The notes under the pieces were generated by a model that had not been told where the DNA came from, made no database searches, and saw only the letters and a program-made list of their open reading frames with translations. A stretch of DNA of 16,489 nt from Vulcanimicrobiota bacterium. GTDB taxonomy: Bacteria > Vulcanimicrobiota > Vulcanimicrobiia > Vulcanimicrobiales > Vulcanimicrobiaceae. The DNA lies in the NCBI GenBank assembly GCA_003135555.1, contig PLCF01000059.1, positions 1 through 16,489 of the forward strand, in the 5' to 3' direction. This document shows positions 1 through 8,046 of this stretch, piece by piece; within the stretch, counting starts at the first letter, position 1; each line of letters opens with the position of its first letter. The translations under genes and the position numbers were made by a program.

Positions 1-1383
1 CGGCCGGAGGAGCTGTTCGACGTCGCAGGCCGCCCGCACGCGGATATCCTCGAGACGCTGCCCCCGAATCCGCGGCTGATCGGGCGCAACTCGCGCGCCA
101 ACGGCGGCGCTCGCCGGGTGCCGCTGGTGTTGCCGCCGCTGCAGCCGCACGCAGTTGCGTGCGTGTTTCCGGGCGCGGTCTCAGGCTCGGCGACGCACCA
201 TCTCGGCGGCTGGCTGGCCGATGTGTTCCGGGCGAATGCGCGCAATGCGAACTTCAGGCTGTTCTCCCCGGACGAGACGTCCTCCAACAAGCTGGACGAC
301 GTCTTCTCCGTGACCTCGCGAGCGTGGACCTTACCGCAGGTCGCGACCGACGTCTCACTCGCGCGCGACGGGCGCGTGATGGAGATGCTCAGCGAGCACA
401 CCTGCGAGGGCTGGATGGAAGGCTACGTCTTGTCCGGGCGGCACGGCATCTTCGCGTCGTACGAGGGCTTCGTCCCGATCGTGGACTCGATGGTCGCACA
501 ATACGCGAAATGGCTCAAGATGGCGCGCGAGACGCCCTGGCGCAAATCGCTTGCCGGACTGAACTTCCTGCTGACGTCCCATGTCTGGCGCCAGGAGCAC
601 AACGGGTACTCGCATCAAGGGCCCGGCTTCGTCAACACGGTGCTCAACAAGAAGCCCGAAGCCGTCCGCGTGTACTTTCCGCCCGACGCGAACACGCTGC
701 TGTGCGTCATGGAGCATGCGCTCAACAGCACGGACCGTATCAACGTCGTGGTCGCGCCCAAGCAGGATGCGCCGCAGTGGCTCGACCTGGATCGGGCGCG
801 AATCGAGTGTGCGTCGGGCGCGAGCAGGTGGAGCTGGGCGGCGGACGATCCGGAGCCGCACGTCGTTTTGGCGTGCGCCGGTGACGTCATGGTGCTCGAG
901 ACGTTGGCCGCGGTGTCGCTCCTGCGGGCCTATGCGCCCGCGCTGCGCCTGCGAGTCGTCAACGTGCTGGATCTCTTCGCTCTCGCATCGCCGGAGATGC
1001 ATCCGAGCGGGACGGGCGACGCGCGGTTCATCGAACTGTTCAGCGGCGACCGTCCAGTGGTATTCGCCTACCACGGCTACCCGCGCACGGTACACGAGCT
1101 GATCTACCGTCGGCCGTCACCGGCGCGATTCCACGTTCACGGTTACGTGGAAGAAGGGACGACGACGACGCCCTTCGACATGGTCGTGTTGAATCGGGTC
1201 AGCCGTTATCATCTCGCTCTGGACGCGCTGCGCCGAGCGGAAGAGGATGCCGGCTTTCGCGTCCCGGCGCAGGCGCGCGCGTCTCTCGTAGACACGCTGG
1301 AGCGGCACGCCGCGTACATCCGCGAGCACGGCACGGACATGCCGGAGGTCGTGGATTGGGCTTGGGAGCGGCGCGAAGGGTAA
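1..1383 (+). CDS. xfp: Phosphoketolase (Xfp family), 5'-truncated by window edge
   Basis: Frame is open from base 1 (RPEELFD...NSRANGG). Motifs FRLFSPDETSSNKL, RVMEMLSEHTCEGWMEGY, SHVWRQEHNGYSHQGPGF, VYFPPDAN, HGYVEEGTTTTPFDM and HGTDMPEV are typical of Xfp. Confidence 0.95.
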   Translation, partial: RPEELFDVAGRPHADILETLPPNPRLIGRNSRANGGARRVPLVLPPLQPHAVACVFPGAVSGSATHHLGGWLADVFRANARNANFRLFSPDETSSNKLDDVFSVTSRAWTLPQVATDVSLARDGRVMEMLSEHTCEGWMEGYVLSGRHGIFASYEGFVPIVDSMVAQYAKWLKMARETPWRKSLAGLNFLLTSHVWRQEHNGYSHQGPGFVNTVLNKKPEAVRVYFPPDANTLLCVMEHALNSTDRINVVVAPKQDAPQWLDLDRARIECASGASRWSWAADDPEPHVVLACAGDVMVLETLAAVSLLRAYAPALRLRVVNVLDLFALASPEMHPSGTGDARFIELFSGDRPVVFAYHGYPRTVHELIYRRPSPARFHVHGYVEEGTTTTPFDMVVLNRVSRYHLALDALRRAEEDAGFRVPAQARASLVDTLERHAAYIREHGTDMPEVVDWAWERREG

Positions 1384-1388
1384 GGCGA

Positions 1389-1481
1389 TCAGTTGGCGGG
1401 GGTGAAGAGGGGTTCGATGTTGCGCTCGCCGCGGTGCTCGAAGCTGCCGTTGTGCTTCATCCAGTTGCCGAAGACCCTGCG
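1389..1481 (-). pseudogene. Probable 3'-terminal remnant of an unidentified gene (RRVFGNWMKHNGSFEHRGERNIEPLFTPAN*)
   Basis: About 30 codons, almost all ending in G/C, finishing at TGA 1389-1391. An in-frame stop lies upstream at 1497-1499 and there is no convincing start with RBS. Confidence 0.4.
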
Positions 1482-1684
1482 TGCTGCCGCCCAGCACTAG
1501 CGGCCCGCAGCCGCCTACGCAGGCCGGCGTCGGCATTCTGGACGCCTCGCAGGTCGGCACCGTGACGGTGCACTTCGACGGCGCGGCGGGCGCGAGCGCA
1601 CAACTGACCTTGGGCAGCCAGAGCTTCGACACGCAGCTCCTCACCAGCGGAGCTTACTTCGTGAGCTTCGCGCTCAACTCGTGA
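1481..1684 (+). pseudogene. Probable C-terminal remnant of a beta-rich exported protein, or a small hypothetical protein
   Basis: Codon usage and sequence look coding (VGTVTVHFDGAAGASAQLTLGSQSFDTQLLTSGAYFVSFALNS*). No RBS or signal peptide, and the upstream in-frame sequence looks non-coding. Confidence 0.4.
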
Positions 1685-1768
1685 CGCGTCGACCTCGTTC
1701 GGCCCCAGCGGCGTGCGCCGAGCGCTTGGAGGCGACGCGCCCCGGCATGCCGACCAGTACTCGGTATC

Positions 1769-2146
1769 ATGGCCAAATGGATTCCGGACGGGTGGCATAG
1801 CGTTACGCCTCGGCTGGTGGTTCACGATCCAGCCAAACTGGTCCGGTTCCTCAGGGAGGCGTTCCGTGCGCGCGGGGAGTTCGCGACGGAGGTGCCATCC
1901 CAGATGAAAATCGGCGACTCGATCGTGATGGTGAGCGGCGTCGGCCCTCGCGAGGCGACGGCGTCCTTTTTCTACCTCTATGTCGATGACGTCGAGGCGA
2001 CGTATCGGCGCGCATTGGACGCCGGCGCCGAGTCGCTCGAGGAGCCGAGCGATATGCCGTATGGAGACCGGCGCGCGATGGTCAAGGATACGTGCGGCGA
2101 CGATTGGCAAATTGCCACGCACCAAGGAGCGCTCGAGTTGGAATGA
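1769..2146 (+). CDS. VOC/glyoxalase (PhnB-like) family protein
   Basis: IPDGWHSVTPRLVV, MKIGDSIVMV, YLYVDDVEATYRRALDAGA and DMPYGDRRAMVKD...WQIATH; 125 aa. Confidence 0.9.
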   Translation: MAKWIPDGWHSVTPRLVVHDPAKLVRFLREAFRARGEFATEVPSQMKIGDSIVMVSGVGPREATASFFYLYVDDVEATYRRALDAGAESLEEPSDMPYGDRRAMVKDTCGDDWQIATHQGALELE

Positions 2147-2157
2147 GCGACCTGCTG

Positions 2158-2364
2158 CAAAAACACCGAGCCCACGTTGACGATGACGCCCTTGCCTTTG
2201 GCCAGCATGATGCGGCCCGCGGCTTGCGCGCACAAGAACGGCGCGGTCAGGTTGAGGTCGAGCACGGCGCGCCAGTCCGCGAGGCTGAGGTTCTCGGCCG
2301 GCGCGACGCTGGGCATCCCGGCGTTGTTGACCAGCACGTCGACGGTACCATAGGCGCGGGTCTC
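2158..2364 (-). pseudogene. Internal fragment of a short-chain dehydrogenase/reductase (SDR)
   Basis: YGTVDVLVNNAG...DWRAVLDLNLTAPFLCAQAAGRIM...GVIVNVGS is the SDR core. The N-terminal TGxxxGIG and catalytic YxxxK motifs are absent. Boundaries are approximate. Confidence 0.8.
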
Positions 2365-2399
2365 TCCCCGGCTGGCGACGGCAGTCCTTCGATGGTGGC

Positions 2400-2446
2400 T
2401 CACCCTTCGACGGGCCTCACGCGCACGTGACTCCGTCAGGGTGACA
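2400..2446 (-). repeat. Palindromic REP-like element (TGTCACCCTGA-N24-GTCGAAGGGTGA)
   Basis: Nested inverted repeats: TCACCCT 2400-2406 / AGGGTGA 2438-2444, GACGG/CCGTC, TCACG/CGTGA. Ends resemble elements at 15425-15449 and 12422-12469. Confidence 0.55.
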
Positions 2447-2461
2447 AGGGGGCGGGTGGCG

Positions 2462-2485
2462 AGGGGGTGGGGGTTTTGGCCGAAT
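2462..2485 (+). promoter_or_regulatory. Putative sigma-H-like promoter (AGG-N15-CCGAAT) upstream of the slt-lptF/G-lptD cluster
   Basis: Resembles the Bacillus sigma-H AGGA...GAAT arrangement. The same spacing recurs upstream of fabH. Confidence 0.35.
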
Positions 2486-2586
2486 ACTGGGATGGGGAGG
2501 GGCGAGGCCTATGAATCGTACAGTGTTCGTGTCGTGGTACGCCGGGACAAGGCCGGGTGCCCGAGGCGGCGAAACGCGTCTCTGAC

Positions 2587-3063
2587 GTGTCCCTGCGCCG
2601 CCTCTGTGTTTGCGTTGCCCTCGCGTTCGGCGGCCTGTCCGGCTGTAGCCGCGGCGGCTTCATGCCCGGCGGCACCCACGCCATGGCTGCGGGGCAGCTC
2701 GATTCCATCGTGCGGACCTACGCCCAGGCGAACTCCGTGGACCCCAAGCTCGTTGCTGCGGTCATCGACGCGGAGTCGGCCGGCGATCCCAACGCCGTCT
2801 CGCGCGTCGGCGCCCAGGGACTGATGCAACTCATGCCGGGAACCGCCGCGATGTACCACGTCACCAACCCGTTCGACCCCTACCAGAACGTCGACGGCGG
2901 GACGCGCTTCCTCCACGACCTCCTGCGACGCTATAAGGGCAACGTTCGGCTCGCCGTCGCCGCGTACAACGCGGGGCCCGGCGCCGTCGATGCGGCACAT
3001 GGGATTCCGCCGTACGCCGAGACGCGCGCGTACGTCGATCGCGTCGTCTCCGGCATCCGCTAA
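2587..3063 (+). CDS. Lytic transglycosylase (SLT domain), predicted lipoprotein
   Basis: AVIDAES (catalytic Glu), GAQGLMQLMP, AAYNAGPGAV and ETRAYV motifs. Signal VSLRRLCVCVALAFGG-LSGC ends in a lipobox. Start is GTG 2587 (alternative GTG 2557). Confidence 0.9.
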   Translation: MSLRRLCVCVALAFGGLSGCSRGGFMPGGTHAMAAGQLDSIVRTYAQANSVDPKLVAAVIDAESAGDPNAVSRVGAQGLMQLMPGTAAMYHVTNPFDPYQNVDGGTRFLHDLLRRYKGNVRLAVAAYNAGPGAVDAAHGIPPYAETRAYVDRVVSGIR

Positions 3064-3067
3064 GGCG

Positions 3068-4231
3068 GTGGCCACCTACCAGGGCGTGCGAACCCCGACG
3101 TTCGCCCGCGCCGCGCGGCCCGGACCGCGGTTGCGCATCCTGGACTCCTACATCCTGCGCGAGCTGGCGGCACCGTTCGCGTTCTCGCTCGCCGCGTTCT
3201 TCTTGTTCTGGCTGGCGAACATCTTCGTGCTCGCCGCCGACTACATCGTCAACAAGGGCGCGCCGTTCTTTTTGGTAATGCGCTTCTTGGTGTTCCGGAT
3301 GCCGCAAGCGACGCCGATGGCGTTTCCGTTCGCGGCGCTGTTCGGAACGCTGCTGGGGATGGGACGCCTCGCGGCGGACAACGAGATCAGCGCGCTGCGC
3401 ACCTCGGGGATCTCGTTCTTCCGGATCATTCGGCTGCCGCTCATCGCCGGCGTCACCGTGGCGCTCGTCTCGTTTCTGGTCAACGAACACATCGCGCCGG
3501 TCGCGACGGAGCTGTCGACGCGCAGCTTCTACCAGATCCTGTACCGCTCGCAGACGCTGCCGATCGAACCGAACATCTACCGCGCCGATCCGACGACGGG
3601 CAACCAGTTCTACATCCGATCCGTCGCGCCCGACGGCAAGACGATGCAGGACGTGATGATCTACCAGCCCAACCGCACGGCACCGTACATCCAGATCCTG
3701 CACGCCGACAAGGCGCGCGTGGAGGGGACCGAGATCGTCCTCACCCACGCGATCCGCACGCAGATCAAGAGCGACGGACAGATCAGCGCCGTCGACGTGC
3801 TGGCCGACGAATTTCGAATTTCGCTGCCGATGGGGGACAACGGCCAGAACTTTCTCAGCAGTTCGATGAACGATACGTGGACGATGGACACCCAGCGCCT
3901 CGCTCAGGACATCAAGTTCCGTAAGGCGACCGGTCAGGGCGGGACGGATCTGGCGTCGCGCGAGCTGACGCTGGCAACCAAGTACGCCTATCCGTTCGCG
4001 GCGTTCATCGCGGTGATCATCGCGTTGCCGCTGGCGGTCAAGTTCGGCAAGCAGGGCCGAACGATCGGGATCGTGCTGTCGATCGTCGTGCTGTTCGGCT
4101 ACTATGCGATCGTCGCCGTCGCGGGCGCGTTCGGGAAGAACGGCGCGATCGATCCCACCCTCGCGGCCTGGCTGCCGAACATCATCGTGTCGGCGGTGGG
4201 CGGCTGGCTCGTCTGGCGCGAGGACCGGTGA
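3068..4231 (+). CDS. LptF/LptG (YjgP/YjgQ) family permease
   Basis: RILDSYILRE, GRLAADNEISALRTSGIS, periplasmic beta-rich domain, three C-terminal TM helices and LAAWLPN. Start taken as GTG 3068, just after the slt stop. Confidence 0.92.
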   Translation: MATYQGVRTPTFARAARPGPRLRILDSYILRELAAPFAFSLAAFFLFWLANIFVLAADYIVNKGAPFFLVMRFLVFRMPQATPMAFPFAALFGTLLGMGRLAADNEISALRTSGISFFRIIRLPLIAGVTVALVSFLVNEHIAPVATELSTRSFYQILYRSQTLPIEPNIYRADPTTGNQFYIRSVAPDGKTMQDVMIYQPNRTAPYIQILHADKARVEGTEIVLTHAIRTQIKSDGQISAVDVLADEFRISLPMGDNGQNFLSSSMNDTWTMDTQRLAQDIKFRKATGQGGTDLASRELTLATKYAYPFAAFIAVIIALPLAVKFGKQGRTIGIVLSIVVLFGYYAIVAVAGAFGKNGAIDPTLAAWLPNIIVSAVGGWLVWREDR

Positions 4232-7035
4232 GGCAGCTGCTCCGGCGCGTGGGCGTGACCTTCGTCGCGCTCTCGTTCGTGCTGTCCCCGCTTCCCCCGC
4301 GGGTCTGGGCGGGCGACGACGACGAAGCGCGCGCGCTGGGGCTGTTGCGCAACGGCTGCGGCACGCCGCTCGCGCAGGCGACGACCGCGCCGGCTGCGAC
4401 GGCGGCGCCTGCGGTGGTCGCCGTGGTGGCGTCGACGGTAGCGCCCGTGGCTCCGGCGTCGGCGGTGCCGGTTGCGGTTACCGCACCGGGGCGGAAGCTG
4501 TCGCTGCGCGGGCTCAAGCTCGTGGGTTCGCTGTACCACCCGCCGACGGCCGACGATGCTCCGGCCGCCGACCACGGCTCCGCAGCCGCGGCTGCCGCGC
4601 CCGCCGAGGCCGCCGCAGCCGGCAGCGGCGCAGCGGCGGATCAAGCCGCTTCGCCCGAGCCGGCCGCCTCGACGGCGCCGGCCGCGTCCGCGGCTCCGGC
4701 GGCGACCGACTCGCCCACGCCGACGCCTTCGCCGTCGCCGACACCGCTGGTCGGCCCGCCCTCCGCGCCCGGCGGCCCGCAGATCCTCATCCCGCCCAAG
4801 GCGTCGCCGTCGCCGGGGACGATCACGCCGCCGCCGGTGCCGACGAACAGCCCCGCGCCCAGCGGCACGCCGGGTCCGGTCATCATCACGCCGGAGACGA
4901 TCCCGCCGTCGAGCTCGCCCAAGCCCCTGCCGAACGTGAGCGCCGGTCCGGTCGGGCTGCCGTCGCCCGTCGCGTCGGCGTCGCCGGCGCCCGCCGGCGA
5001 GGTCCTCGACCCGAACACCTACGCGATCCTGGGCGACCGGCTCAGCGGCGACAACACGGCGGGCGGCCAATTCGATCTCGACGGCCACGTCAACATCTTC
5101 TATGCGGACGGCGTGCTGGGCGGCGACCACGCGCACTACGACGGCCAGCGCTACATCGACGTCACCGGCAACACGTTCCTCAAGAACCGCAGCGGCGACA
5201 GCGTGCTGTACGCCGACTCGGTACGCTTCGACAGCACCACCCAGAAGGCGACGCTGATCCGCGGGCGCGGCGAGTCGACGCAAGGCGTCGAGAGCGGAAA
5301 GCTGCACTTCTCGGGCACGACGATGGTCACCGACCGCAACGGCGTCACGCACGTCGAGCGCGCGAACATCACGACCTGCGAAAACCCGCGCGGCGGATAT
5401 CACCTCGAGTCCAAGACGCTCGACGTCTATCCCGGCGACAAGGCGGTGGCGCACTCGGTGGTGCTGTTCCTGGGCGCGCTGGCGATCCTGTACCTGCCCA
5501 TCGCGGTGATCTCGTTGCGCAACGACCAGCTGGGATCGCGCCGCAATCCGGGCTTCTTGCCGATCGTCGGCTACTCCGCGACCGAAGGCTTCTACGTCAA
5601 GGCGCGCATCGGGTTCTCCCCGAGCGACTACTACTACGGGTACTACCGCATCGAGGAGTACACGCGCATCGGCCTCGGGATCGGGTACGTCGGTACGCTG
5701 CGGCGCAAGGACGGCCGGCGCCAGACCGACGTCAACTTCTACCGCCTCAAGAACAAAGTCGACGGATCGAACAACAACAACCTGACGATCGCGGACCAGG
5801 AGAACTTCTCGAAGGCAACCCGCGGTCAGTTCAACTTGACCTACACCGGGAACTACGGACCGCTGGTCTCGCTGCCGCCGCAGTACAATCTCACCGCGGC
5901 CCTCGATCACGGCAACGAGCGCGGCGACCGGCAGAACTACAGCTTCAACCGCAGTTCGACGGGGACGACCGCGTCGACCAACAACTTCGGCATCACCGAT
6001 CACCGCGCGTTCTCGGCCAAGCTCAGCAACGATTTCACCGCCTCGTACACGACGAGCCAGAACATCGGCTACCCCGCGTCGCAGACGCTGCACTACGAGA
6101 CGCTGACGCACCTCACGGGCAACTGGGCCGACTACGAGCTCAACTTCGACAAGTACGACACGTCGCTGCCCAGCAACGTCCAAAAAGAGCCCGAGCTGGT
6201 GATCAGGCCGCACAACCCGCTCTTCCCGCGCCAGCGGCTCATGCCGATCACCGCGCAGTACACGCTGGGCATCTACAGCGATCCGCAGGCCGACCTGTCG
6301 ACCTCGCGCGGCGAGGCGCGCTTGCAGTTCGGCCCCGCGCTGGCGCACTTCTTGGCCAGCGATCTGTCGGCGACGGTCACCGTGCAGCAGGACGCCTACG
6401 GCACCGGCGACCTCAAGGCCCAGATCGGGCAGCAAGCGACGCTGACGACGCCGGTGTGGGGTCACATCGTCAACACGATCTCGTACAACGAGTCGCACGT
6501 GAACGGCCCGCTGGCCGAGCCGTTCAAGTCGATCGACGTTCTGGGCAACGGCACGAAGCAAGCCAACGACAACCTGCGCATCTTCAACGGCGACGTCTAC
6601 ACGTTGTCGCTGACCGCGACGACGTTCTTCAACGCCCAGGCGCAGGCGGTCGGATACCAGTTCACGTCGCGCCCGTCGCCGCGTTCGACGCTGACGTTGG
6701 GCGGCAGCTTCACGCCCGGGCCGGGCAACGGTTTCGATCGCACGAACATTCAGGTCACGACGCCGTTCGGCTATCAGAGCGACCTGCAGTTCCAGGCGTT
6801 CATCGACTGGAAGCAAGCCGGACGACTGCTCAGCAAGAACATCTACTACCGCCACATCGTCGGCAACTGCTACGAGGTCCGGCTGGCCTACAATCAAGAT
6901 CTGCGGCAGGTCACCGCAAGCATCGACCTCTTGGCGTTCCCTTCGCGCGCGCTCAACTTCGGGCTGGGACAAACCTCGCTGAGCTCGATTATCCCGGGGA
7001 GCTTGTCGTCGAGCGCTTTCACCGGCGGCTTCTGA
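4228..7035 (+). CDS. lptD: LptD-like outer-membrane LPS-assembly protein with a long Pro/Ala-rich N-terminal region
   Basis: Signal peptide, beta-jellyroll segment, ANITTC..P..YHL...LYLP, GFLPIVGYS..EG, aromatic/Asn/Thr-rich barrel strands, C-terminal GNCYEVRLAY and terminal Phe. GTGA overlap with lptF/G. Confidence 0.8.
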   Translation: MRQLLRRVGVTFVALSFVLSPLPPRVWAGDDDEARALGLLRNGCGTPLAQATTAPAATAAPAVVAVVASTVAPVAPASAVPVAVTAPGRKLSLRGLKLVGSLYHPPTADDAPAADHGSAAAAAAPAEAAAAGSGAAADQAASPEPAASTAPAASAAPAATDSPTPTPSPSPTPLVGPPSAPGGPQILIPPKASPSPGTITPPPVPTNSPAPSGTPGPVIITPETIPPSSSPKPLPNVSAGPVGLPSPVASASPAPAGEVLDPNTYAILGDRLSGDNTAGGQFDLDGHVNIFYADGVLGGDHAHYDGQRYIDVTGNTFLKNRSGDSVLYADSVRFDSTTQKATLIRGRGESTQGVESGKLHFSGTTMVTDRNGVTHVERANITTCENPRGGYHLESKTLDVYPGDKAVAHSVVLFLGALAILYLPIAVISLRNDQLGSRRNPGFLPIVGYSATEGFYVKARIGFSPSDYYYGYYRIEEYTRIGLGIGYVGTLRRKDGRRQTDVNFYRLKNKVDGSNNNNLTIADQENFSKATRGQFNLTYTGNYGPLVSLPPQYNLTAALDHGNERGDRQNYSFNRSSTGTTASTNNFGITDHRAFSAKLSNDFTASYTTSQNIGYPASQTLHYETLTHLTGNWADYELNFDKYDTSLPSNVQKEPELVIRPHNPLFPRQRLMPITAQYTLGIYSDPQADLSTSRGEARLQFGPALAHFLASDLSATVTVQQDAYGTGDLKAQIGQQATLTTPVWGHIVNTISYNESHVNGPLAEPFKSIDVLGNGTKQANDNLRIFNGDVYTLSLTATTFFNAQAQAVGYQFTSRPSPRSTLTLGGSFTPGPGNGFDRTNIQVTTPFGYQSDLQFQAFIDWKQAGRLLSKNIYYRHIVGNCYEVRLAYNQDLRQVTASIDLLAFPSRALNFGLGQTSLSSIIPGSLSSSAFTGGF

Positions 7036-7068
7036 GCGAGTCCCCGCCGTAGCGGGTACGAGGACGGC

Positions 7069-7236
7069 ATGAACACGTACACGCAGCCCTGCGAGTACCA
7101 GGAGTGCAATTGCACCGTCACCGGCGGCATCGAGGGCGCAGCGTATTGCAGCGCGATCTGCGAGCGGCGCGACTCGACCGATGAGGAGATGGAGTCGACC
7201 TGCGTCTGCGGGCACCCGCCCTGCGACGCCGATTAG
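7069..7236 (+). CDS. Bacterial metallothionein-like protein (SmtA/BmtA-type), 55 aa, absent from the ORF track
   Basis: MNTYTQPCEYQECNCTVTGGIEGAAYCSAICERRDSTDEEMESTCVCGHPPCDAD*. Pattern C-x4-C-x-C...YCSxxC...CxCGHxxC, 8 Cys + 1 His. GAGGA at 7060-7064 precedes the ATG, and the ORF fills the intergenic gap. Confidence 0.8.
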   Translation: MNTYTQPCEYQECNCTVTGGIEGAAYCSAICERRDSTDEEMESTCVCGHPPCDAD

Positions 7237-7245
7237 CAGCGGCTG

Positions 7246-8046
7246 CTAGCCTGGGGCGCGGGTGGGAGCTCCGGTCGGGGTGGGGGTCGGCCCTGACGCG
7301 CCTGTGCCCGGGGTGCTGAAAATCTGGACGCCGATGATCTGCGCCGACGGGTTGTTGGTGACCGAGTTGCTCGCCGGCTTGAATTTCGTGCCGTTGGGCG
7401 GCGCGACGAGCGTATCGGTGTCGATCCCGAACGTGTAGTCCGTCGCGCTGGGCCCGTTGGGGCTGAGCGAGTCGACCGGCGACTGCGTGCGGTCGAGGGT
7501 GAACAAGCTGATGTTCCAGACCGGCGAGATGTTGTTGTACGGCCCGCAGATGCGATTGGAGCTGACCGGCGGCGGGGGGTTCGCCGTCGGCGGCGGGTTG
7601 TCGAGCAAGCACCGGTTGAAGGTGATCTGGAACCCGAACTGCGCGTTGGCGTTGGGGATCGACGGCTGGAAGTTCACCGTTCCGGTCGGGACGTTGATGT
7701 TGAAGGTGCGCGCGGTGCCGGACGATGGGTCTTGGTAGACCTGCAAGAGGCCCGGGAAGTTGGCGAAGTTCGCCCCGCCGCCGACGACGAAGAAGTACGA
7801 CCAGTTCTTGAAGTCGGTGTTGAAGCCCTGAGCGAAGGGCTGAAGGTTGTTCCCAGTCGTGTTGAACACGATGAGATAGCTCAGGTTCTGGAAGTCGAGC
7901 TGGCCGGCAGTCTCGAAGCGGATGAGGGTCTGGCCGGCCGGAACAACGGCATCGCCGGTGAGCGAATTCAATCCGGTGACCTGACGTCCGCACCCTGAGA
8001 TGACCAACATCGCCGCAACGCCCACGGCCGTAAGAAGCCGACGCAC
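7246..8046 (-). CDS. Hypothetical lipoprotein (266 aa, beta-rich, Pro/Thr tail)
   Basis: GGAGGAG RBS, GTG start at 8046, signal VRRLLTAVGVAAMLV-ISGC with lipobox, strong coding bias, and two further Cys flanking a Pro-rich loop. Confidence 0.8.
   Translation of the reverse strand: MRRLLTAVGVAAMLVISGCGRQVTGLNSLTGDAVVPAGQTLIRFETAGQLDFQNLSYLIVFNTTGNNLQPFAQGFNTDFKNWSYFFVVGGGANFANFPGLLQVYQDPSSGTARTFNINVPTGTVNFQPSIPNANAQFGFQITFNRCLLDNPPPTANPPPPVSSNRICGPYNNISPVWNISLFTLDRTQSPVDSLSPNGPSATDYTFGIDTDTLVAPPNGTKFKPASNSVTNNPSAQIIGVQIFSTPGTGASGPTPTPTGAPTRAPG

Noticed and set aside
1384..2450. Debris region as a mobile element or genomic island
   Set aside because: No transposase or integrase fragment, terminal inverted repeats or target-site duplication could be identified.
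2479..2486. GCCGAATA as a sigma-28 (FliA) -10 box for the transglycosylase
   Set aside because: No TAAA-like -35 at the expected distance and no flagellar genes nearby.
4102..7215. 1037-aa minus-strand ORF and 982-aa alternative plus-frame ORF (4104-7052)
   Set aside because: Arg/Gly-rich shadows of the GC-rich lptD gene with no recognisable motifs; the 4228-7035 frame carries the LptD features.
7234..7248. TAGCAG-CGG-CTGCTA palindrome joining two convergent stop codons
   Set aside because: Only a 6-bp stem with no U-tract; too weak to call a terminator.
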